A DNA stretch of 64,000 bases from positions 4,278,001 to 4,342,000 of the forward strand of contig CM030336.1 of the NCBI GenBank assembly GCA_017654855.1, given 5' to 3'. The notes below the pieces were generated by a model. The model was given only the letters and a program-made list of their open reading frames with translations. It did not search any database and was not told the origin of the DNA. Shown one piece after another: positions 12,501-26,900 of this stretch. Each line of letters begins with the position of its first letter. Position 1 is the stretch's first letter. The translations under genes and the position numbers were made by a program. The DNA is from Podospora anserina (Eukaryota).

Positions 12501-14686
12501 GGCATTGGGCAGTGGAAGCGGAGCTGGTGGGATGAAGCTCTGGCGATTCATGAGACAGACGCAGGCGATGACTCGCGTGATTGTGTCCTTTCAGAAGCAG
12601 GTGAAGCTTCCACTGCTTCTAAAAAGCTTCCAAAGTGGGCCCTGACAACTTGGCCAGGTAAATGCCTGCAGAGCGAGGCAATTTTCCACGTGTTCTGGCA
12701 AGCCCAAGGAATGAAGCTTTGACATATCGATTGCTTTTTCCCCACCATTGGGCCAGACGCTCCGAGACCCCTTCACTGCCTCAACCAGGACTTTCCTTGT
12801 GAACGGAGGAGTTCGTCTCGTTTTTTTCTTCGACACCGAATGGCCTTTTCGGGGTTTCGGCATCAGTGGCATGTGAAGAGGGACTTCCAGCTTGTCTATT
12901 GTCGGAGTTGCGGTGCGAGTGACAGCGACAATGCGACCGAAGGAACCTGGACGGACGAGCCCTGGGGAAAGCTTGTCATTTCATCAGTTCCATGTTCCCA
13001 ACCTGGAGAACGAAGCATTCGGTTCGACGGAGATCCAGAGGGAGCAAATCCATGGGTCTGTGTGCCAGACACATCAGATGAATCTAGGAGAATAATAATT
13101 ATGGCAGGGCCTCTGTTGACCGGTGTGGGTCAAACGGTCGTGCAGAGGAGGAGTGAGCGCGGTCAGCGGCCAGCGCGCTCGCTCACCTGAACGGAATCTC
13201 CGCTGTCCCGAAACATTGGTGATTTTGGTGCATTGGCACATTGCGGAAGAGCCCTATGGAGGAAGGTGCACCGAAGTACCGAGTAAAGCCTTTTTGCCCC
13301 ATGGTTTCGCACCCTGACAACTGTCGCGATGTTGCAATGTCGCAACCGATATTGGCGACAGACGCACAACACGGCAGACACCACGTGCTCGAGTGCTGGT
13401 GCGCTCCTCGACGCTCGCGCCTCTCGCCTGTGCTTAGGCTTGTACGGATAGCGGTTGCGAAACAGGCGCTGATTCGCTATGCCTGGTTCTTGGAAGTTGT
13501 TGTGGCTTTTCTGATTTCTCTACTGTATTACGAGAGTGCCCCAGGTGACCGGTGCAGTCGATATGGGTATCGAGAGATCGAGACAAGAGACAAGAGATGG
13601 CAATGGAACAGCCCAGCGGCTCAATAGCTCACAGCAGGAATGCGCGGAGGAGGTCTGCCCGAGGGATGATAGTTGATAATAATGATGGGCAAATAAATGA
13701 TGGTTGGGCTGGTACGCTGGCACTGCTGCTGGTTAATGGTGAGCCAAACTGAGGTGAGGGTACTGCGGCAATCGGTAGTGGGTACCTCAGCCAAGCCCCT
13801 CAACGCCCCAGGTCCCGACCGTTCTGGCTCTCCCGCCCTCCGTTTCCACCTCAGCACCGCACCTCAGCTGTTCGTTCCCCTCCTTCTCTCCAAGGCATCA
13901 CGGCCGGTACCTGCCTTTACCTCCATACCTGTGTTCAGGTACTTACTACCTGCCCGCTTCTGCTGCCAGCATACCTATCTATCCGTAACATCAAACATAT
14001 CCTTTGCTCCTCCTCCTGAGCGGTTTCTGAGACGGATGTGGCTCGACTTCTTTTCACCAGCATTGCAAAAGATGCCGCTTTAGGTTTAGGGAAGATATCG
14101 CTATGAACGAGACAACCAATTCGAGCATGGCTTGTCTCAGTTTCTCTCCATTGGGACCTCCAAAAGAACGCTGCCAAATTTTCTTCCAAGCTTCCATTTC
14201 CCACCAGGGCAGCCCTGCCCCCGCTTCTCTCACACCCCTCTCGGCCCGGCTCAATCGCTGGCCCCTGTCCCCTTGTCCCCCCCCCCCCCGTCCCCTGTTG
14301 ACAATGGAGGACTGGTACCTCTAGGTACCTCCCCTGTCCTAGCTCTGTTGCATCCTCCACTGAAGCTAGCTTCTCCAGTAGTGCATATTTCCCGACCCCT
14401 ACCTCACCACACACCCAGGCTTCGAGTATGCATGGTCGATAGCATGGGTTCCCGGTCTCGCTCTCCGGCTTGACAGCTCTCCTGCGGCTTCTATATCTAC
14501 TGTACTCCTCTCGACATCCCACAATACTATCTTGACTTTCGATCCCACGTCACTCCCAACATCTACGAGCTCACTGATTTCCACATCGAGTCCAAGACTC
14601 TACACCACCAGATCCTCAGCCACCTCAGCTTTGTCTTTCACCTCCATCCACCACCTCAACCAACCACCCACAACAACTCAGTCAAA

Positions 14687-14960
14687 ATGTGCGACTACAC
14701 TCAACGAGAATACTCATGCGGTCACTTCCGCTGGATCGCCTCCAAATGGTGCCGGGATTACACTCTCACTCACAAGAGATGCCAACCCAACGTCACACAC
14801 TTTGAGTACCGAGCAGAGGAGCTCTGTGGTATGTCTTCATCACTTCACTCTTTTTTCCAGACCACCATCTAACACATCTTCAACAGGGGAGTGCAAGCCA
14901 AAGACCTACCCCCCATGGGAGAACATGATCAAGCGCTCCAACAAGCAGACCCTCTACTAA
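14687..14960 (+). CDS. Small Cys/His-rich protein, 71 aa (exons 14687-14828, 14887-14960)
   Basis: CAAAATG start context and intron GTATGT...CTAAC...CAG. Product MCDYTQREYSCGHFRWIASKWCRDYTLTHKRCQPNVTHFEYRAEELCGECKPKTYPPWENMIKRSNKQTLY, with an MC-x8-CGH...C...C...CxxC putative Zn-binding pattern and C-ending codon bias. Confidence 0.85.
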
Positions 14961-17900
14961 ATAACCCTCAACAACTCTATCTACCCATTTTCCTTTTGTC
15001 ATTTACACCTAGAGGACACGACAAACAAACCCACGACTACAAGGAGTGAAGGGAACAGAAGGTGGAGGAAGGATTACATCAGGCCATCAACGACACGCGA
15101 AAGAAGAGAGATTCGCGAAGCTCAACAGGGCGTTGCCGAAGCGACACCTGGACGGGTTTACGCTACGCCAGGACTTCACAGCACGCCACTTCGCATTCCA
15201 ATAGGCCGAAAAGCACACAGCACAGAGTCCCACAAACCGGGAGACACAGCAGTCCAGAAGCCCAACAGCCCGGCCCACCAACACCACCACCACCACCACC
15301 ACACAACTACCTATCACGTCACACCAAATCCTCCGGCTGTTGTGATGTGCTGGTTTGTGCTGTGCTGTTGTGCTGTGCTCCCCTCAACAAGCCCACTGCA
15401 TCAAAAGTGGTATTTTCCGTCAGCCGCCCAACGCCAAAAAGCCAAATAAGCCGACACTTCTCCACCGACACAACAAACCACACTACCAAGCCTTATGTCA
15501 CCGTCACACTCGCCTCTTGTCCGGTTTTTTTTCTGTGGCAGGAACACACACATTACTCTGTACCCATCAAGGTGCCCACTTCACGACCAACACGACCACC
15601 ACCACCGCACCGAATGACAACACATCATCACTCCACAGGGGGTTCTAGCCCTCTCCATTGTACCATCGTCACCACAAACAAATTTGTCGTTTCTTGAGTG
15701 TCCTTCACCACATCTTTTTTTTCTTTTCCGTTTTGTCATATATTCATGGGCTACACGAGCAAAGCGAAGCGCTTGACTTTTTCAGGGCTAAGGGACACCG
15801 GAGTTTTCACACATACCATTGGTTCATATCTTTTTTTGGGAGGGAAATACTATTACACGGGATAACAAGAGAGGGAGAGAGGTGTTTTTGTATATACATT
15901 GGAACCGGGACAGTTTGGGACTATGGGCTACCACAACACCGCACACGCACACAAAATTTTCCGTTAAAGAGAGAAGGAAAATCAGTTTATTGTTTTTTTT
16001 GTTTTTTATTATCTTTTCATGGGAGAAAAGAGTTTGCTTTCTCCCTATTGCAAAAATAAAATAAAGAAATGTCATATCATACGCACTTTGTTCCTCATCC
16101 ATCCCTTGGTGATGTTCCTGATCGCCCTTTCCCAACGTCACATTTGACGTAGGTACAATTGATATCAGAAGCCTAGGTACCTACTTTCGTCCGCCTCACA
16201 TGTCTCTCTTCTCGGCCCTGATCATCAAAAAAAGACATCGCGAAATGTGGGGTGGATAACCACAAGCTTGACATCAGGGCATCGTCATCCCGCAAGATTA
16301 CACCGTACCATTGGGTTCAAAAACGGAAACAAATCGTGATCATCATCAGGTTCCAGGCCCGCAAGCAACAAAAAGATTGCCGCATAGCCCAAAATGTTTG
16401 CGGATTTACATCTTTGGAAAGGCCTTGCCAGTGCTTGTGGAGTTTTGAGCAAACAATTCCAACAACAGCAGCCCAACCGGAGAACCACGCACACAAAAAA
16501 ATTCAGAGGCCGATGAGAGAGGCGGGGACATCGCGCGCGCCTCGGCACTTTCCCATCTATCGTAACTTAGCTCTGGTCAACACCACCCCTAGGTAGGTAG
16601 GCAGGTACTCAACTGCATCACTTGCATTATTTACTTCCACCAAAGATGACTGCCCAAAAAAAGCGAAACATCTTCCCAGAATGCTGCACGTGGTCAGCAT
16701 CAGTTTCCCTTTCTCACCAAATCTCTCTCTTGTCTGTGATGAGAACATCAAAGAGAATGTCGTGTGACAAGTTTCGCTCTCAAGTCCAGCCAAAAGACAG
16801 ACTGGAGATCGTCGACAGGGGTCCCCCCAAATTAACCAAAAGAGGTCAGCCGCGAAAAAAAAAGGGCCCCGCCATGCTGGGAATGACGGCGGAAGTCGTG
16901 CGGGTGTGGGTGGGTGAGCGGAATTGGGGGAGGGGAGAGGGGATCATCCATTCGCCCTCCTCCTCCACTTCTTGTGGTTGGTTTCTGATGACCGAGAGAG
17001 AGAGAGAGAGACAAGAAGCAAAAAGCCCGGCATTTGTCTAGTGTATACCTACAACAAAATACCTTGCTGACCTTCATCATTGTCAAGGCGGCACAGAGGC
17101 GCGGCAATTACTTACTTGGGTGGTGTATCGATACCTAATGGTCGTTGTTGCCAGTTGGTGGTAAAGCTGCGAGGTCCGTTTTACCGCCAATGCCGCGTCA
17201 AAGAAAATCAACACAATGCGTTCATCAAGGGGGGGGAATCATCGAACCCCCCACATTTTTGCTTGTGGCAGCAGCCCCGGTTTTGCAACCGGCAGACCGG
17301 TCAACCAGACACCCAGACCTTGCGCCCTCCACACCACGACACTGCCCTGCACCACCATCCGTCAACAGATCAGACCGCCTCGCAACGCCAGAACAATGCG
17401 GTTTTGCTGGTCCGGGGACCCAGCTTGTAGGCCCGTGGTGGTGTTGACACAGCTCCCGGACTGGCTGGTAGAAGAGCTTTGGTGTGGTCGACAGATTAGA
17501 TTCCGCTTCACCGGACGCAGGTAGGTTTGTGATCGGTACCACGATGGGCACAGAAGAGTGTTGTCTTTGACGACCTTGACATCGGTATTTTGGGGACTTC
17601 GATACACAGTCTCGAGCTTCCGAGCAGGCTCGCAAGTTACACTTGGTATTTGCTGTGCCTCCCGGGGAGCTGGCTGCAGCTAGGGTGTTTACAGTTGGGC
17701 AACAACTTGATTGGGGGTTCGACGGCAAGCAGCAGCATGCGAGGGAGGGGGGGGGGTGATATGGAGTGATTGTCCATTCGGTTCCAGTCAGATGGGAGGG
17801 CATAAGCAAGCTGCCAACGACAACTATTGACGCCCGATCAACCTCTGATTCTTCAGCTGTCAAACTTCCAATTCTGCATCTTCTGGCCAATTCACGCTAC

Positions 17901-20900
17901 CCCCATCAAGTCCAGGTTGCGAGTCGGGTGTGGATTGGCGAATGAGGTGCCATGGAGACGACAGGATGGTATGGTTTCCGGGGACCGGCGTACGCTCTGC
18001 CTTGGAAAAGCAGTCTTGGAACAGGCGCAAAGACCATGACACAAGGCCCGAAGCCACGATCGGGATCTGGGAATCGTATTTGGCGTTGCGGCCGCAAGAA
18101 AGATGGCGGAATGCAATGCCAAGTCACCCTGCACATTAATCATCTGGCTGCATCCTCCAGCTTCGGCCCGCGACAAAGCCCTGAAGCATCTCGTCTCTGT
18201 TCGCGGATATGCTCAGTGTCCGGTCGACTCAGGCACCATGCGCGCGGCGGGTACCAGTTGCACGGCACCTGCTTTTGCCTGGCAGATCCAGACTTGGCTC
18301 GAGGTCGATTCCATGCAGCCACAGGCTGGGCCAACTATTGGCCAGCACTTTTTTCTCTTTTCGGCCGTCAACGATCGGGAAAGCATGGCTTTTGCAGTAG
18401 GAATGTCGAGCCGAGACATGATGATGTGGACGGGAGGGCGCCTCACACCGGACCTCGAAATTTTCGTAGACTGGCTTCTGTATGGCCTCTCGAGTTAGCA
18501 ATGGTAATACATGGGGGGGGGTCCACGTGTCTGTCTTTCGGGATAGCCTTTGGAACGGTGAAGCTGTTGTTGAACTTCGGTACCGAGATGCTTAACTACG
18601 GGCTGACAGGTGCTTTCGACGGACCGGCTCAGGCTCGACAGATTCTCGTGGTCGCTCGAATCAGGATGATGTCAAAGCCCCGGTCAGGCTTGAAACGGAG
18701 CCCCACGTTGAGGCGCGCGGGGTTGCTCGGAGGGGTTGCTCGGAGGGGTATCCAGCTCGGACCACATGCGATTGTGCCATCAAGACAACTTCCGAAGTTT
18801 GCGACAGCTCGACGTTTGGGCGTGAGACATCTCTTTTCTGGGTGTTTTTGGAAGGAATTTCGAGATTCTAATCGAGAGGATGGTTTGATGTGGCATTCAG
18901 GGATGTCGCAAGGCCAGGGGGGGTTGATATCAGTTGACGTTTAACTGCTCTGGGACGACATGTCCCGTGGTGGGATGAGTGGCCAGAGGTTGGCGACGTT
19001 AGTTGGCCCTTGAGTGACATTGGCTGCATTGGTCTCTGCTAATCACCGAATGTGCAACAAAGTCCTCGCCGTCTCGATGCTGCCCGAGTGTCACCAACAC
19101 CAACACCAACGCCAACACCCTGCTGCCGGCCGTTTGCTAGTGTCTAGATAACCATCGCGGCAGGCAACACCGCCTGACGGACAGCTACTCCCCAAGTCTG
19201 GTACGGCACGACACACCACAGACGGAACTCGGTCAGCAGCGTCAGCACCATCCCGGCACACACACAACCCAGCTTTCCATGCCCTTCTCCGTCCGAGCGC
19301 TAGACGGCTCGATGCTATCAGAAATGACAAAGATTCGAAGATCGATTCCAGCGGCTTCCTGCCGTCGCATCGGTATTATGTCTTAGTCAGTCTTTTCTTA
19401 TGAGATGCTTATAAGCTACAGTACTCGTCTGAAGCTTGCTTTAAACCCCTAATCACATGAGGACGGGGCGCTGCAGCTAGACGCCAGCAGCTAGCCGCGC
19501 ATGTATAGCTGCTATCCAGGTACTTTGTACGTAGCCAAGACCTCGAACGACTCGAGCTGCTGGCCGTTAACAAGAGTCGATAGGTTCCAACCACAACATG
19601 ATCAGCACCTTCGGCTTATTTGGCTACAAATCTAGACCTATCCCTGAGTGTCAGTTGAGACGAAAAAGACCCCGGGCTTATTCATGCAAGAGCCTCTGCG
19701 GATCCTGGCAGGGACCACGACCGCTGTGAGCGTTACCTCTTGGCATCCCTCTGGTTCGTCGGTTCTCGTTGGTGTCAACGGCGGGGCATGTGCCCTTGCA
19801 ACCTGCACTTCATCTAAACGACTTGTCGTCGGTCCGCTTGTCCGAACTCGGGAGCCCGGGACCGTTGTGTTCATGTCCAGGGCTTCCTCAACGCCATGGC
19901 TTGGAGGATGGGTGAAGTGGTGTTGTGTACGAGCTACCAACTGTACCTCTGTTGGGAGGGAGCCGTGGCCCTCACTCGTGCCGAACCATCCAGCACGCAA
20001 GTTCTACCAACCAGCTTTCCTCAACAGATCACCGTCTCTTGCAGATTATCTCTCCGTGTGCTCCTCAGAGTTCTCATTGTCACCCAGTCAGCCAACAATC
20101 CAATTTTTGTGGTCCCCCAGACCAAGGAAAACGTCCCGGACAGCCTAATATCGATGCTGCTGGTGAAGCAACGCCATGACCTCGGTGAACAATATCGCGA
20201 ACCTGTCATCTCACTGATAGATACACATGGCCCATGGAAACCATACCTCAAGGCACAAGGAACCAAGCTTGACAGATTACGGCTCCCATTCTTCCGCAAC
20301 GAGCGGTCCAAGAGGTCCAAGAGGTCCCTCGACACTGCATTTTCGCATTTAGAGGCCCTTTGGCAGCCGCCTCGACCTGCAATCAACACCCCTGCCCGGC
20401 AGGCATATCTGGCATCTGCAATCCAACGTCGAATAAATTATTGATCAACGCCCCCGGCATTTTGAACCAGGATTACCACCACAGTTCTCTGGTTTGCTCC
20501 GAGATGACCACCACTCACTCTTTCTTTGATCCCACAACGAGTGCATATTTCGTCAACATCTCCGGTGGTACCGAGCCTCCGCCGTTGCAGTTGTCTGCCG
20601 ATCGTCTGCGGTCGTTGTTCTTTTCCAGCGAGTTGTCTCGGTCAGGGTTGAAACATCCAGAGCTTCTGCAGTGGGAAGTGCCAGTCATTCCTCAGCGGTT
20701 GAGATCGTGCGGTATGTTGCAGAGAACCAGTGGGGAGATGCTGAAACAAGAATGCGGGCGGCATGGTGGCGCATCGCTACAATGTTCGATGCGCCTATTC
20801 TAGAACAGCCGATCAATCATGTCTCTTTCTAGGGAATACAGGTCTCAGATGACTCTATTCTTCCTTCGACTGTTTCATCTACGATAGAGCTGCAAGTTAT

Positions 20901-23900
20901 TGCGGTACCACCGTCGATCCCGGAATATCACCAACCCATTGGAGAATCTGATACTGGTGACTCCGCCTCGAAAACTACAACGAAAAAGGTTCTGCGAGTT
21001 TGAATCAACATGGGTGAGTTTGTGCTGACCACCGGTCTCCCGAGGTATCAACGGTCCACTTCGTGCCAATTAGGGCCGATATTATGCTATCGATGGAGGG
21101 ATCAAATGAGCAAGATCACGACGAATGGGCCCAGCATGCCCGTGGATTACTGGCACAATCCCGTCTTAACACGGGCTGTATTAAGACTCCACTTCTTCAG
21201 CGGTTCCCAAGTTGGGTAACACTCACCCACCCAGCTGGCTCACCGGTGGTATATCAGATCGCTGTTAAGACCCCATTGGGACGGCTGGGCAGCCGCTTCT
21301 CCCCAGTTCAGCGATGAAGTGAACCAAGAATGAGCCGTGCCGCACGGATGCACTGCGGGGATGGTTACGGCAGTGCCATTCCGGCCCAGGTCGTTGTATC
21401 TGCATCACCTGGTGGAACCAAAGAACCCTTTATCAACCTTCAACATCATTGCGAAGTGTTGTACTGATAGCAGAAAGATCAAAACGTGTCAAACGGGCAG
21501 GTTCTTGTTCACGTTTCGAACGACTATTCAGGCCCGGTCAGCGGTACAAGTCCCAGATGTCTCGCGGAGAGTGCCGTTGCCCGTAGGCTCACACTCCCAT
21601 GTCACCAGTCGTGGTTACACAAGCCCCCTCGCCACACAAAAGGTCATCACCATCGGCGTATTATTGCCATACTTGTCCTGCCACTGCTGTATTATGTCTT
21701 TGAGGGTTGGTAAGCAACACATCAGCGCCCGCAGCTCTCCAGGTAAGCCAGTATAAGTCTTTCCTGAACCATGCTATAAGCACGTCGAGATCTGGCTGGT
21801 TAGGTAGGTATATCCATCATGAAGTTGCTGTCAAGTATCAGACGACGTTCTGTTCCCAAAACTAACCAACCACGACGAATCTGATGTCAGCTTTGGACCC
21901 AGGCTAGCTCACCGGGGAAATTCCCGTCCGCATTGCGCGCGCGGCGGGCCATCCCAGCACCCTTCGGCGCCGTCAGCAGAGGCGGTATGGCCAGCGTCTT
22001 CGGCACCCGGAACACACCCACCTCTCGTGAAAAGAAGTGCGCATCACATCAACAAGGCCTGGCCCGAGATACCGAAAATCACGTTGGTTCTTTTCCTGTG
22101 CGAGCCCGAACCTTGCCACCGGTGAGGAGAGTATCGAACCATGTTCGGATTCGAAGGATTGTAGTCCAAGCGCAAAGCGGCACAGCAACACTGCTCAGAG
22201 AGGCTGGACATGTGTTCAAGCTCATTACTTTTAGGTATTCTTTTCGTTGTTTCGGTTTCATGAAGGCATGTGGCACCTGCTGCTGGGTCACTTCCAGGGT
22301 TTCGTGGGGGTGATGGTTGGAAATCCCAACCCCGCACATTGGTTCGGGCAAAGTTCCCACGTGGGGTCGTTGGCGAACAGGGTGTGAGGTCTTGTTCTTC
22401 ACCGCTGTCTAGCAGGCTCGCCATCTGCAAGTGCTAGTGGTCAAAGAAGCGTGATGATTATGTGTTTGCCAGTACCTGTGACCGCCAAAACATGCGTGCT
22501 CGCTCTCTCTCTGCATGTAGGGTTTCCTTCTACCTTGGTCTTGTATGCCCGGTTGGCAGTCACCCATCGTGCCTATCTACATCTTCCTATACGTGCGGTT
22601 CACTCCCGCCAGCAACGTTACCAGCCTCACGGCACTTGAGCCCTCTGACGCCCCCACATTGTGATATCAATAAGCTGGGAATCCTCCGCGGAGAAAGTCG
22701 CTTCCCTCTTCATTGCTTTTTTCCCCATTGGTCCGAGACAAGGGGGGCTCAGAGTTCGGATTCATTCAGTGTTCTGGAGGGAAGGCTTGGTTCGGCACAG
22801 GTTGCCGAACCCCTAGTTTAGAGCAACCCCCGGATCAAGGCCGGGCTACCTATCAATTGTGGGACCGGTAGGTCGGGGCCGGGGGTGGAGTTCCCGCTTA
22901 GTAACTAACAGATCACCCGCCCGCACGGATGGCCGTGGGATTTGTTTGGGTGCTGTACCCCTGGCTTTCTGCCTGTAAAGGGATCGCATTGCCTTTTGGG
23001 GAATAATTTTGGGGTTCTGCTCTGGAGCAAGGGGATCAACGGGTATCGATAAGATAGATAGATAGCTGGGAGGGAGGTTGTTATGGGTGGTGGTATGTAT
23101 ATGTAGGGGGGTTGCATACATGCATGGAGTGTCACGGGACAGGATGAATGCGGTGGGATGGCTGAACTGATGCGAACAGGTCTGGTTCCTAGGAATCCTC
23201 GACGGTGAGTGCGGCTTCAGGATAATTGTCTCGTGCGGGTTCAAAGCAAGGGAAACTAAGGTCACCAACACAACGCCTCAAAATGGCGTCAGGGATGAAC
23301 GGACGGATGGTGGATCTGACGTCATATCAGATCCTGTCATCATGTCTGTCTTGAGGGATTTCGAAACGGCGCGTCCCACCGGGGCGAGCGCGGGCGCGGG
23401 ATGAAAAGAGATGACCATCTGATCTCGAGGAGTAGTTGACCGCGTTTGAGATGGATGCACGATGAGGGAGCGGAGTTTGGGCAATGTGTGAGGTATCAGA
23501 TATGGGATGTGGGGGTTTGATCGGGGTTGGTGTGTGTGTGGGTGTGGCTGCATGAACCAGCTGAAAAGTCCGACGTATTGGTGGTGGACAGTGTGGGCTT
23601 TGAGCGTGCAAGTACGGACGTGGGGGCTGAGGGATGGAATGCCCAATGGACTTGGGTTTTGGGGAATATTATTCGTCTTTGATGGAGGTACATCAGCCCT
23701 GGAAGGTGTTATTGGTATCAAAAGCCTCAAATCTCGTTCCCTTGCCTTGATATATTTTAAGATGGCGCGGTGAGGAATTGTTGCGCGGGTGGTAACTTGG
23801 TCTGGAAAATACAGCGAGATACCAACATCTAGTTGGAGATGTGTTTCAACGTTGGACACCCAAGTATCTGTAGGTACTTACTAAAACCATGACTGAGGCA

Positions 23901-26900
23901 AGATGAAGTACGTACTGTCTTTCACTTGCCGCCGGCAGGCATCTGGCGGTTGATGAAGGGCTGTTGAGACCACGCTCTCAGGGATCCGTTAACTGACCAG
24001 ATGCCACAGCGAATATGCTCTCAACATAAGAGATGGGCCTGAAGCTGTCTCACGACCGAAATCTACCACTTGGGCTCCCGAAGCTTATTTCGCACGGAGA
24101 TGCTGTCTATAGCCGGCACTTGAAAGTACCTAGGCTATATAGTGCTCGTGTCATCAGGCAAGTCTGAATGAGTAAAGTTCAGATGATATTGGCTGAAGTT
24201 GGAATGAGAGATCGGGGACGTTTAATTTGTTTAGATGAAAGACTAGAGGAGTATGTAGGAGACACAGACAAGGAGTTCAGACTATGGACATAATTGCTCA
24301 GACAGAGCCCATCAACTGCACCTATCATTGACTTTTATCTCTTAGAAGCCGGATGGAATGTGTAGGAGAATTTCCCCGTTGTCTAATTGGAAGATTATAG
24401 GATGGATTGTAAAGCGCTTCGTAATATTAGAGTGGATGTCGCTATGTCTATGCACGCGTTGACACAAAGGGAGTCATACACTTTGGTGCTCGATACCTAG
24501 CAGAGTGTTTAATGGACCTTTGTTGAAAATGATGTAGTCTTCTATTTACCGAGCAAGTGTTCCTTAATTTCCATGAGCTGCGAGAGCCTGGTAACTGCCT
24601 GAGACCTAACTTATGTTTTCTTATTAAGAGGAGGAGAGGTAATAAGGTACCTAGTAAGTACCGTGTTCATGTTCTATGATGATGCACTGCCCTGGCTTGA
24701 TTCCAAGTCATGAACGATAGTTAGTGACGTAACCTGTTTCACCAGAACTACACGAAACATCGCAATACTCTGCCTCTCCCCTTGTTTCCACCACGGTGCT
24801 GCACTGTCCTCTATGCCAGTCGAGTCGCAGCGTCATGGTTGTCAGTCTGTGTGACAGCTGTCGTCCGATCAATCGACCGAACTAGTGCATGCGTGCACAG
24901 CATATGCCGCTCTTGTCAAGCAAAAGCCGGAGTAGGCTGCATAAGATGAAGCTCATGTGACTTGAACGAACCACTGTGTTTCCTGCTGATTGGCGAAGCA
25001 ACCGTAGTATTCATTGCTCTTCAGATATGCCTATCGACATAATACCTGAGATGATCGATTAAGAAGGGACTATAGTACCAGTGAGCAGACGGCTCGCCAA
25101 ACACTCAACGGAAAAGGTCATACGTCAGGATGTATGCGGTGTCTCAGAATTTCTTCTCGTGGCAACAGTCCGGCTCATAAACCAAGTTCCTGGGTCTAGA
25201 TCTCAGTCCAAAAGCTGAAATTGATAAATACACTGTCCAGAAGGCACACTCCCCACCCATAGCCCCTCCTTCAATCTGTCTCGAACATGTCATACCACCT
25301 CTAAAGGGTATGCCGACCATATCAAAAAAACATGGCAAAAGCATAATTGACAAATGGACCTTCTGCATCTTGTCGGTCGTTACCAATCTGTCGGGTCCAT
25401 CAGCTTCAACTGCCAACTCAGCTCTTGAGTTTGAAGCTGAAGTGGGCAATCTATTCGTTGTCACAAGGGAATTACCAGGTACAGCATATAATCATGTGAG
25501 ATATGACTGTAGACTCGGCCTTGATTCCTTGTGTTTGAGTGCAGCTTCCAGGAATTCAATCTCCGCATAATAACTTGTTGCTTCTTCTGAGAAGGACTGG
25601 AGGCGGAAGAATGAGTGGTGACAGGATAGATTGAAACGAAAGCTGGAACCTGCGATGCAACGCACCAACCCCGGCATTCCAGACCCTAGGGACTCCCGCC
25701 CTGGATTGCCTTGCAGCAAGTTGTCAGTCAAGGACAGAAATTAACATCAGACATACTCATGGTCCTCGAGGATGGCCATCCCCTCTGAGGCCTACATCTG
25801 TCTTGTTGATTACCAGAAACACTCTCCGGTTCCATTTGTTTCGATTTGCCGGGGGAGCAACCTCAACTAGGTACTCAGTCTCCCAAGCAAGCGAAGCAAC
25901 CTAGCGGTCTAGACACAAGTTCCTGTGATAATGCCCAAATGTGCACTCGAGAACAAGCTGTTCTCAGAGAACCGCCACAACTTAGTGTCCCATCGATCAT
26001 AGAAGGGACGGACAAGTCAGATTGTTGTTGGCGAAGGAGGTACCCCGGGGACATCTCAAAGGTACAAAGCCACAAACGGAGCCAGCCTCCTCGCTTCCCC
26101 AGGTATGCCCCTCCGTTTTGACAGTGACATATCACTGCCCTTTTCGTCGTCGTGCATGGGAGGTGGGCGCTCCCTCCCGCCAGCCCGGTAACGTTCCCCC
26201 ACGGCACCCTTGGCGCCTTCGCTACGTGGCGAGTTGGGCCCCAGCGTTTGCATCGCGATAGGGTCGTGTCTCGCCTTTATTTGGCGTTTTGTGGCTCTTG
26301 GGGCGAACCAGACGCCACGACGATAAGCTGTGATGCAGGAAGAGAGGGGGCTTGAGAATGGTTCGTCAAATGTATGTACTATACCTGACAATTCGTACCC
26401 GATGGGTGGAACCCGGTGTGACAGATCTCAAGCAGCTTGCCAAGTTGGTGGTGTCGTTCATGAGATTTCCTGCTTCCAATGTTTTCGTGCTTCCAGCCAA
26501 TTATCGGTTCAGAATTCCCGACAATGACAGCGCTGACAGTGGAGGCCTGCGATCTTGGTTGGATCGGAACAAGCACGGGAGATGTATCGAGGGCTGCTGG
26601 CACAAACAGCCCGAGTCACGAGATGCAGATGCCGCATTTCACCAGCTACCGGGTTCTCGGAACCGAGACGCAGGATGGTGTGAATGGGGGATTGCCGAGC
26701 TTTGTGGTTCCTTGTCATGGGCCGGATTGCAAAGTCATTGCAGGTATGTCGTCCGGGAGGTATGGTTTGCTACCCCTACGAGGTATCCCGCTAACCAATA
26801 ATACGCCGTGATAGAAAGAGATTCCATGTTTGTTAGAAGCAGTTGCTTGAGTGTCGGTTGTTTTCTTGGTTTCTGAATGTCGACAGCCTGCCGAGTCCCT

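Noticed and set aside
17952-18944. 330-aa ORF and overlapping ORFs
   Set aside because: Arg/Gly-rich with no recognisable motif or codon bias; probably spurious.
19648-21756. Run of protein-like plus-strand ORF fragments
   Set aside because: May be an old pseudogene, but no family could be assigned and no spliced model built.
22846-23859. Pro/His/Thr-rich minus-strand ORFs
   Set aside because: Products of GT-rich low-complexity DNA.
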